NCBI GenBank assembly: GCA_002269645.1
Contig: NIVC01000282.1
Coordinates: 496,001 to 560,000 of the forward strand
Direction of reading: 5' to 3'
Length of the DNA: 64,000 nucleotides
DNA from: Macrostomum lignano
Lineage: Eukaryota
Shown: positions 11,401 to 36,937 of the stretch, one piece after another
Layout: the number at the start of each line of letters is the position of its first letter
Numbering within the stretch: position 1 is the stretch's first letter
The notes under the pieces: model-generated
Told to the model about the DNA's origin: nothing
Databases searched by the model: none
The model's input: the letters and a program-made list of their open reading frames with translations, nothing else
Position numbers and translations under genes: made by a program

Positions 11401-14400
11401 GTTAATCGCCTGGTTTGGCCCGGCGTTGCTATGGATACGGGGCACACGCAACACCTGGTGCTGGTGCCTCAGCAGGTGAGCAGAGCTGGTTAAACAAGTT
11501 TTTTTATTTTCCTTCAATTTCTGTTTCCTTGACTCTTTGTTCTATTCCTTGACTCTTTGTTCTATTCCTTGACTCTTTGTTCTATTCCTTAACGCTTTGT
11601 TCTATTCCTTGACTCTTTGTTCTATTCCTTAACTCTTTGTTCTATTCCTTAACCCTTTGTTCTATTCCTTCACTCTTTGTTCTATTCCTTCACTCTTTGT
11701 TCTATTCTTTAACTCTTTGTTCCTTATATTGCTTGCTTAAATAATAGAATTAATATAAAAAATTTAGGCAAGCTACATTAAACACATTTTCATGTTCGTG
11801 ATTTTTTTACCGTCCTTAACCGCCGTCTTTCGTGTGCACTCCAGCTTTCTATTCCGTATTTACGTATCATGCTTTCCGCAGTCTGCCGCCCCTCTGCCAG
11901 CTGCCGCCGCGCCAATCATCGCCCGCCTCGAGCTGCGCCATCCCAACTTCCGCTTGGAGCCGTCCTGGCTCAGGCAGGTGGAGTTTCCGCCCGGCTGCAG
12001 GCGAGTTTCTGTGTCCGTCATCTACTCGCCGGATTCGGAGCCGGGGCCACATACGACCAGGCTGTTAGTGAGGCTGCCTGGCGCCAATTTTCATGTGCAC
12101 CTGCTGGGCTGGGGCGGAGCGCCTCAGCTGGCGCCGATGAAAACCGCCTTTGGCGTTGTCAATACCGGCTGGCCAGCGTTCTATTGGTACGGAGAGCCGG
12201 CTAGACAGGGCGTGCTCAAACAGGTGAGGCTGGGTGTGCTCAAACAGATGAGGCTGGGTGTACTCAAACTGATGAGGCTAGGTGTGCTCAAACTGATGAG
12301 GCTGGGTGTGATCAAACTGATGAGGCTGGGTGTGCTCAAACTGATGAGGCTGGGTGTGATCAAACTGATGAGGCTGGGTGTGCTCAAACTGATGAGGCTG
12401 GGTGTGCTCAAACAGATGAGGCTAGGCGTGCTCAAACAAGTGACAATGGGTGTGCTCAAACAAGTGACAATGGGTTTGCTCAAACAGACGACAATGGGTG
12501 TGCTCAAACAGATGACAATGGGTATGCTCAAACTGATGAGGCTGGGTGTGCTCAAACAGGTGACAATGGGTGTGCTCAAGCTCATTCAGCCGTGATCACG
12601 GAATTTATCCACAGGGCCAGTCGTTAATATTCGACACGGACGAAGACGACCTGGACGGTTTCGCGCACCCATCTGACTGTTTGACTGCGGGCAAGTGGGA
12701 CACCGAGCTCGATGGCAAGTTCGCTGCGCAGCTGCCAGCCTCCGCAACTGCATCTAATGATGCGGCAACAGACGACGCCACTCTGGCCAATCAGAGGCAG
12801 CCGGTCCTGGTGCGCAGCCTGCCAGCCGCCCTGGCCAACAGTCTCCGAGTTCGTCGCCTGCTGTCGGTCACCAGCTCCGGTCTGGCACAGCTCACCGCCG
12901 CCTGCGCTGAGTCGCCTGTCTGTCAGGCCGCCTGCGACGCTCTGACCCGACTGAGACTGTCCGATTCTGAGCTGCGAAAACTGGCCGAGGCTAGCACCGC
13001 CTGTCTGACTGTCCGCTGCCCGCTGTCTGCCGCCTCCGCCGATATTGTCTGCGCTGATGGCGATGATGTCGACTGTATTGTTGGCGCCACCGGGACCGCA
13101 GTGCGGGTACCCAGTCCATCGAAAACTCTTCAGCTGGCCGCCACGATGCACCAGGTGAGAATAGTTGCTTTTCGCGTGTCTCTAAATCTATTGTTGCGTC
13201 TCTAGATCTATTGGTTCGTCTCTAGATCTTTTGGTTCGTCTCTAGATCATTTAGTGCGTCTCTAGATATTTTGGTTCGTCTCTAGATCTTTTGATGCGTC
13301 TCTAGATCATTTAGTGCATCTCTAGATCTATTGGTTCGTCTCTAGATCTTTTGGTTCGTCTCTAGATCTTTTGGTTCGTCTCTAGATCTATTGGTTCGTC
13401 TCTAGATCTTTTGGTTCGTCTCTAGATCTTTTGGTGCGTCTCTAGATCTTTTGGTTCGTCTCTAGATCTTTTGGTTCGTCTCTAGATCTATTGGTTCGTC
13501 TCTAGATCTATTGTTGCGTCTCTAGATCTATTGTTGCGTCTCTAGATCTTTTGGTTCGTCGTCTAGATCTTTTGGTTCGTCTCTAGATCTTTTGGTTCGT
13601 CTCTAGATCTTTTGGTTCGTCTCTAGATCTATTGTTGCGTCTCTAGATCTATTGTTGCGTCTCTAGATCTATTGTTGCGTCTCTAGATCTTTTGGTTCGT
13701 ATCTAGATCTATTCGTGCGTCTCTAGATATATTTGTGTCTCTAGATCTTTCAATGTCGCTGCAGCTTCGCTCTCATTTTGTATCTCGATAATCTGTCTTT
13801 TAAATGTTTTAGCCGACTTCAGAGGTCTCTGGTTATGGACCTGCCGGTGCATTCTTTTTGGATTGCTTTTTGTGGGCCTTTTGTTGTCTTCAGATATTTG
13901 GCAATTTTTTACTTTAGATAGGTGTCTTTAGTCTCTATCTCTAAGGTGTGTCTCTAGATTTATCGAACAGTCCGTCACTAGAGCAACTTACTTCCGCTAC
14001 TAAAAGTACTAGATCATCTTGAATCATCACCCCATCTAATGCTCCTATCGCACAGCGCCACAGTTTGGCCTCGACCGCACCTTCCTTGGCCGCCTCTCAC
14101 CGGTCCCGGTTCGAGCTGGCCACCAGCCGCCTGGAATTCCCGCAGCTGGCGCCCGGCCAAGAGGCCACGGAGAAAGTTCTGTGCGTCAACAAGAACCAGT
14201 TCGATTTGACCGTTCGAGTTGCTCAACAGCCTGAGGCGCCATTCCACCTGCGTAAACAGTCGCTGGCCAAGTTCACTTTGAATCAGCGCAACTCCGGCAA
14301 TTATCCGTTCGTGTTCCGCCCACCGGCTCCCGGCGCCTACAGCTGCACCGTGGCCTTCGCCACCGGCGAGGGCGACTTTGTCAGCCTGCAGCTCACTGGC

Positions 14401-14421
14401 CGCTGCGTGGCGCCCAACTGA
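8417..14421 (+). CDS. CEP192: CEP192/SPD-2-like centrosomal protein with C-terminal ASH/PapD-like Ig domains; the 5'-most exon may be missing
   Basis: Exons 8417-9615, 9921-10314, 10894-11475, 11882-12223, 12615-13154, 14056-14421. All are GT-AG and phase-compatible, 3423 nt in total. An acidic low-complexity N-terminus is followed by repeated Ig-like domains. The last exon LEFPQLAPGQEATEKVLCVN...PEAPFHL...YPFVFRPPAPGAYSCTVAFATGEGDFVSLQLTGRCV resembles the CEP192 C-terminal domain; HLLGWGGAPQL resembles CEP192 LSGYGG (from recalled sequences). Confidence 0.75.
9705..9870 (+). mobile_element. Internal fragment of SINE family B in CEP192-like intron 1
   Basis: Aligns by eye to 35028-35170 (CCCCCAAGGCGCAG..GTGTACATGCCT..AGGGCCGCTGT..GAGTC.GC.GAATGGG). 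Confidence 0.7.
10370..10832. repeat. 23-bp intronic minisatellite (GTATTGTCATTGTGTGATTTGGG)
   Basis: Read directly. Confidence 0.93.
11520..11722. repeat. 20-bp intronic minisatellite (TTGTTCTATTCCTTGACTCT)
   Basis: Read directly. Confidence 0.92.
12200..12580. repeat. 24-bp minisatellite (CTCAAACAGGTGAGGCTGGGTGTG and variants) spanning a splice donor
   Basis: Read directly; the first copy contains the CAG|GTGAGG donor at 12223/12224. Confidence 0.92.
13190..13748. repeat. 20-bp intronic minisatellite (TCTAGATCTTTTGGTTCGTC)
   Basis: Read directly; contains overlapping TCTAGA/AGATCT palindromes. Confidence 0.93.
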
Positions 14422-14434
14422 ACTGCATTCCTCA

Positions 14435-15292
14435 CCTTAGCTGACCTCCGCTCCGACACTATTGACTTCCCACTGACCTTTGACCTTAGCTGACCTCCGC
14501 TCCGACACTATTGACTTCCCACTGACCTTTGACCTTAGCTGACCTCCGCTCCGACACTATTGACTTCCCACTGACCTTTGACCTTAGCTGACCTCCACTC
14601 CGACACTATTGACTTCCCACTGACCTTTGACCTTAGCTGACCTCCGCTCCGACACTATTGACTTCCCACTGGCCTTTGACCTTAGCTGACCTCCACTCCG
14701 ACACTATTGACTTCCCACTGGCCTTTGACCTTAGCTGACCTCCGCTTCGACACTATTGACTTCCCACTGACCTTTGACCTTAGCTGACCTCTGCTCCGAC
14801 ACTATTGACTTCCCACTGACCTTTGACCTTAGCTGACCTCCGCTCCGACACTATTGACTTCCCACTGGCCTTTGACCTTAGCTGACCTCCGCTCCGACAC
14901 TATTGACTTCCCACTGACCTTTGACCTTAGCTGACCTCCGCTCCGATACTATTGACTTCCCACTGACCTTTGACCTTAGCTGACCTCGGCTCCGACACTA
15001 TTGACTTTCCACTGGCCTTTGACCGTAGCTGACCTCCGCTTCAACACTATTGACTTCCCACTGACCTTTGACCTTAGCTGACCTCCGCTCCGACACTATT
15101 GACTTCCCACTGGCCTTTGACCCTAGCTCACCTCCGCTCCGACACTATTGACTTCCCACTGGCTTTTGAGACCTTTAAGCTGACCTTAGCTGACCTCCGT
15201 TCCGACACTATTGACTTCCCACTGGCCTTTGACCTTAGCTGACCTCCGCTCCGACACTATTGACTTCCCACTGACCTTTGACCTCAGCTGAC
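14435..15292. repeat. 49-bp minisatellite, about 17 copies, starting just after the CEP192-like stop codon
   Basis: Unit CCTTAGCTGACCTCCGCTCCGACACTATTGACTTCCCACTGACCTTTGA; spacing 14435 to 14484. Confidence 0.95.
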
Positions 15293-16015
15293 CCTGTGCA
15301 CTCTTGACCTTAACTGAACTTTAACCTCTGTTGCCCTTTGTTGAAACTAGCCCTTTCTTATTGGCATTTCGCTGGTCGATGCTGCCACTGAGCGAAAGTC
15401 AGTTGAAGCAATATCTTGTTATTAACTGTTATTGACTTCCCATTTAATACAGCCTGAAACTCCCAACCCTGGGAAAGATTTGGTTCTTGTGGTGCTTGGC
15501 TCACTGCCAAGGATATTGGATTAACTATAATCTAAGCGTTAATTTAGTAGATTTTTACTAAATAGCGCATAATTAGCATATTCGAATGCACTTTTATGAA
15601 TAACTTCTATCTCAAGTGTTTTGCAGCTCTTTGCTAAATGCATTAATATTACATTTTATTTATGAAAAGCTCTCTGCATTTTAGTATCAATCATTCAAGT
15701 ATCACTGATCAATTGCTAATGCTGTCCCTGTCTCTAAATTTAATCCTTTTTAAAATTCCATTTATTTGACTGAGCGAACTGCAATGCCAATGGTACTAAC
15801 GCGTACCCGCTTCTTCTGTGTACAAAATTGACATGAAAATATGAAGTCATATGCATGCACCATTGGGTTAATTAACTTAGTATTATTATTACCTTCTTTT
15901 GTAGACTTCTTTTTCGTCTTATCAGTGTCCTGTTTTTTTTTATATAGTCATGTGATAATAACCGCAGTAGTGAAGTATGTCTGTCCCTATTTGTAATCGT
16001 CACGCTAGTCTAGCA

Positions 16016-16290
16016 GGGGGTTGTAGCCTAGTGGGTAGAGCGTCAGACTCACAACTGAAAGGTCGGGGGTTCGATTCTCTACCCACTCGGAACAATTTGT
16101 GTCCTTTAGCAAGACACTTCACTCTGCATTGCTTCAGTTCACCCAGCTGTAAAATGGGTGCCAGCATTAGCTGGGGTAGTTCAGGGTGTGTGTGCCGACC
16201 CCCCCCCCAGTCCTTGGACTGAACAGCCGTACGCAGCCTTCAGATGCGCCGCGCAAATAGCTGCGGCTGAGCTGTCGGTTGCACATCTGT
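16016..16290 (+). mobile_element. tRNA-derived CORE-type SINE (family A)
   Basis: A box TAGCCTAGTGG and B box GGTTCGATTCT, then TGTGTCCTTTAGCAAGACACTT...CAGCTGTAAAATGGG resembling the MIR/CORE domain. A second copy lies at 54675-54816 (-) and shares GCTGCGGCTGAGCTGTC. Confidence 0.75.
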
Positions 16291-16595
16291 GGCAGACATA
16301 ATCTGTAATTGTTTTTATTATTAAAGGTCACAGAATACAGATTAACAGTACATGTTAATACAGATTTGCCTTGGGGCATCAATCATGCAGATTGCTGTCT
16401 TTACTGACGGAGCCACTGGGCATGCGCAGCAAGTTGCAGGTCTTGTTGCTCCTTAATTTATCGGAATGCAGCTGTATCGCCTTGAATTGCCACTTCAGAC
16501 CTTTCGCTTGATTAATGGGCCGCAAGGACTGCATGTACTTTGCTATGCTTGCTACCTTTCACTTGTGTCCTGCTTAATTCAGTACCACGATAATT

Positions 16596-16803
16596 GACTG
16601 CAGTGACAACTGCCTGACTGCAGTGACAACTGCCTGACTGCAGTGACAACTGCCTGACTGCAGTGACAACTGCCTGACTGCAGTGACAACTGCCTGACTG
16701 CAGTGACAACTGCCTGACTGCAGTGACAACTGCCTGACTGCAGTGACAACTGCCTGACTGCAGTGACAACTGCCTGACTGCAGTGACAACTGCCTGACTG
16801 CAG
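16596..16803. repeat. Perfect 20-bp tandem repeat (CTGCAGTGACAACTGCCTGA)
   Basis: Read directly, about 10 copies. Confidence 0.95.
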
Positions 16804-17084
16804 TTCCGACTGCCTATTTCATTATTTGAATCGCTCGCTATAACATGCTCCGGTTCATGCACTGAGCTGCCCACCGCACCATGCGACCAGACTTTTTAAA
16901 AAAGCCATCCATCCTCTATTCCATCCTTTTACGACTCTCTAAATAATTTAGTGTCTTCGCTGTGACTAAAAGCGGATGAGGCTGAAATGTCTAATAGGTA
17001 TGGTTGAACGCTTTTAGCTCTAGTCGCAGACTGACTCTGTTGGTCATGCTTAAGCACTTGCTGCTTTTAGAACTGCAACTTTGT

Positions 17085-17525
17085 TCTAGCAGGTAACTAT
17101 AGCGATAGTCTAGCAAGTGACTATAGCAACAGTCTATCAGGTAACTATGGTGACAGTCTAGCAGGTAACTATAGCGACAATCTAGCAGGTAACTATAGCG
17201 ACAATCTAGCAGGTAACAATGGCAACAGTCTATCAGGTAACTATGGTGACAGTCTAGCAGGTAACTATAGCGACAATCTAGCAGGTAACAATGGCAACAG
17301 TCTAGCAGGTAACTATGGCAACAGTCTAGCAGGTAACTATGGCAACAGTCTAGCAGGTAACTATGGCAACAGTCTAGCAGGTAACTATAGCGACAATCTA
17401 GCAGGTAACAATGGCAACAGTCTAGCAGGTAACTATAGCGACAATCTAGCAGGTAACTATAGCGACAATCTAGCAGGTAACAATGGCAACAGTCTATCAG
17501 GTAACTATGGCAACAGTCTAGCAAG
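17085..17525. repeat. 24-bp minisatellite (TCTAGCAGGTAACTATAGCGACAA and variants)
   Basis: Read directly, about 18 copies. Confidence 0.93.
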
Positions 17526-18014
17526 TTTCCTAGCGACATAAATTGACCCTACATTTCAACGTGCGGCGTACATTAACTTTCTAAAGAAACTTACATTCGA
17601 GCATCTATCCAAAAGGTGCGATCAGTGCAATTACAAGCATAAAAGAGTCTTTAAGCCCGAGATGCATTAGGCAAAGCATTTCTTACAGACGACATGACCT
17701 TCCACTGACCCCTGCTGGTGTGACTGCCATGGCGCTGGGTATAGACCGCATGGCTGAGTCAACACGGTTCTGTTGTAGGATCTATCATCTACGCTACTTT
17801 TTATTACTCGCGTGTCAACATTAATTCACTCTCCATCTCGCTCTCAACCTGGTTCTCTGCTCTATTTAGACAGAGGCTTAAGTTTCTTTCCAAAGCGATT
17901 TCTTTACAATTGCAATTTGCATTATTTCTGACAGATCATGCACGCATTATATTGTACTTTTATCAAACTGCCTATCAGGTTTCGTAAATAGACACCAGGT
18001 GTTTCACTCTCTTG

Positions 18015-23328
<5,314 letters not shown>

Positions 23329-23417
23329 TCCTTGTGCTCTTTTACCTTGGGGTTGCGATAGGGGCCTCGCGGCCTATTCGCGGCGCCTGCGCCCCCGTCA
23401 GTAGTAAGTAAGTAGTA

Positions 23418-28775
<5,358 letters not shown>

Positions 28776-28865
28776 TCCTTGTGCTCTTTTACCTTGGGGT
28801 TGCGATAGGGGCCTCGCGGCCTATTCGCGGCGCCTGCGCCCCCCGTCAGTAGTAAGTAAGTAGTA

Positions 28866-34224
<5,359 letters not shown>

Positions 34225-34314
34225 TCCTTGTGCTCTTTTACCTTGGGGTTGCGATAGGGGCCTCGCGGCCTATTCGCGGCGCCTGCGCCCCCCGTCAGTA
34301 GTAAGTAAGTAGTA

Positions 34315-34564
34315 CTGACAGTCCAACAGGTGAAACTGCTGACTAACATAGGTAACTTACTGACAGTCCAACAGGTGAAACTGCTGACTAACACAGGTAA
34401 CTTACTGACAGTCCAACAGGTGACACAGCTGACTAACACAGGTAACTTACTGACAGTCCAACAGGTGACACAGCTGACTAACACAGGTAACTTACTGACA
34501 GTCCAACAGGTGACACAGCTGACTAACACAGGTAACTTACTGACAGTCCAACAGGTGAAACTGC
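34315..34564. repeat. 45-bp minisatellite array 4, about 5.5 units; not followed by an element
   Basis: Read directly. Confidence 0.95.
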
Positions 34565-34888
34565 GTCATCCATTCCTACCTTCCTACTCTCTTGTACAGC
34601 TTGTAATTCAGGATTTTCAAACAGGTACTCGTAGGTACCTGCAGTTTCGCTCTGCTTTAACAACCAGCAGAAAAACATTTCCTTTCCTTTATTCCGTTTT
34701 AATTTGATTTCCCAATACTTTGGGGAGTTGAGCCTTGCTTTGTATTCCAATCACATTTCCGTGTTCCAGTGAGACTGCTTCCTGATTAAAAAAGCATTGA
34801 GAAATTACACAAAATCAAAATCTCTTTTAAAGATAAATGTTGACCATTAGTACAATTGGATTGATTTCAAAGTGTGTGACTGAGCCAA

Positions 34889-35246
34889 GGGGGGCCGTAG
34901 CCCAGCGGTCTAGCGCAGGCTCTGGTGTGCCAGCGGCCCAGGCTCGATTCCAAGTGCAGTCACATTAATTTGGGGCTGAATTGGAATCTCGGCTTGGCTC
35001 TGCTCGTGCAATTAACGGCCTTGAGAGCCAACCCCCCAAGGCGCAGTGAAGTGTACATGCCTAACGATAAAAAAGTTAGGGCCGCTGTACACTCCTGTGT
35101 GAGTGTGTGCCTGCGTACGTATCCGCGCGCTTGTGTGCCTGCTCAGGGGAGTCGGCGGAATGGGCAGCAATGCCTCTCGCCGGTTGTGTGCCTATGTCCC
35201 TTAAGTGCGCCAGGGTGCACACAACCCCCCTGCCTCTAATAAAAAA
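34889..35246 (+). mobile_element. Full-length tRNA-derived SINE (family B) with A-rich tail and target-site duplication
   Basis: A box TAGCCCAGCGG, B box GGCTCGATTCC, 3' end AATAAAAAA. GTGTGACTGAG(C/G)CA lies at 34874-34887 and 35247-35260. Related fragments at 7545 and 9705. Confidence 0.75.
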
Positions 35247-35998
35247 GTGTGACTGAGGCATTAGAATTCAGCTGCTAATGAGCCATTAGAATCCAGCTGT
35301 GACTGATCCATTAGAATTCAGCTGTGAATGAGCCATTAGAATTCAGCTGCTAATGATCCATTAGAATCCAGCTGTGACTGATCCATTAGAATTCAGCTGT
35401 GACTGAGGCATTAGAATTCAGCTGCTAATGATCCATTAGAATCCAGCTGTGACTGATCCATTAGAATTCAGCTGTGACTGAGGCATTAGAATTCAGCTGC
35501 TAATGATCCATTAGAATCCAGCTGTGACTGATCCATTAGAATTCAGCTGTGACTGATCCATTAGAATTCAGCTGCTAATGATCCATTAGAATCCAGCTGT
35601 GACTGATCCATTAGAATTCAGCTGCTAATGATCCATTAGAATCCAGCTGTGACTGATCCATTAGAATTCAGCTGTGACTGAGGCATTAGAATTCAGCTGC
35701 TAATGATCCATTAGAATTCAGCTGTGACTGATCCATTAGAATTCAGCTGCTAATGATCCATTCGAATCCAGCTGTGACTGATCCATTAGAATTCAGCTGT
35801 GACTGAGGCATTAGAATTCAGCTGCTAATGATCCATTAGAATTCAGCTGTGACTGATCCATTAGAATTCAGCTGCTAATGATCCATTAGAATCCAGCTGT
35901 GACTGATCCATTAGAATTCAGCTGTGACTGAGGCATTAGAATTCAGCTGCTAATGATCCATTAGAATCCAGCTGTGACTGAGCCATTAGAATTCAACT
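35247..35998. repeat. 25-bp minisatellite (CCATTAGAATTCAGCTGTGACTGAT / ...GCTGCTAATGAT)
   Basis: Read directly, about 30 copies. Confidence 0.94.
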
Positions 35999-36654
35999 AG
36001 TCGAACTTACAAAAATGAGGGTTCGGTGCACGCAGCAGGCAAGAGACGAACTTCCCAGACTAATGTAGTTCGTAAATCCTCAACCGACAGAATTCTCATT
36101 GAAAGAGGCGAAACGCACAGAACGCATGCAGCTGCCGAGTCATAGGCAGGCTAATTACCTCAGTCATAGTTCTTTTTTGAACTCATTGAACTGCAAAATC
36201 TGCAGTCCTTAATTAACTATAGAGACATTACTCGGGCATAAATTAAGATCGTATATGATTATCTAAGCTAGCTTTCAGAGGTTTAAGAGCTAGTTTGGAG
36301 AGCTTCTTTGCTTAAAACTGACTTACGTGGGAGTATGACAAGTTTGGCGCCAATTCAAATCAAGAACATCGCGATATATAAAGACAGTGTTTCAAGCTGC
36401 TTGAGAAACTTTAAGTTGACAGTTTTAATTAGGACACAACAGAATGGAAATTAGGGGTTTTACAGTTTTTCAGAAATGAATGAGATTTTATCATGGACTA
36501 TTGGGTCACTGAGTTTATGAGTTATTAAATATAAAAAGCGTCAAAAAATGTAAAATCAACATTCAAGCAACACCCATTGAAGACTAGCAGCTTCATCTGC
36601 TCTGGAAAATTCTAGTTTGTCTATGGCCTGAATTATCATTTTTTGATAATTCAG

Positions 36655-36848
36655 ATAAGCGCCTTCCTGACACTCATTTCAGCGCCTTCCTGACACTCAA
36701 TTTAGCGCCTTCCTGATACTTTTTGGGACTTCCTGACACTCACTTTAGCGCCTTCCTGACACTCATTTAAGCGCCTTCCTGACACTCATTTTAGCGCCTT
36801 CCTGACACTCATTTTAGCGCCTTCCTGACACCCATTTTAGCGCCTTCC
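36655..36848. repeat. About 23-bp minisatellite (GCGCCTTCCTGACACTCATTTTA); the same motif recurs at 39588-39625 and 40038-40062
   Basis: Read directly. Confidence 0.85.
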
Positions 36849-36937
36849 TACCTTCAATGATAATTGAAATTGTGGGTTCCTATTTTATCCACACTTTAAA
36901 AGAACCGCTCGTATTGTCTCGCCTAGAAGTCGCTGAT

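Noticed and set aside
16016-16090. tRNA genes at 16016, 34889 and 54816
   Set aside because: The acceptor and anticodon stems are imperfect and each head continues into a shared SINE body.
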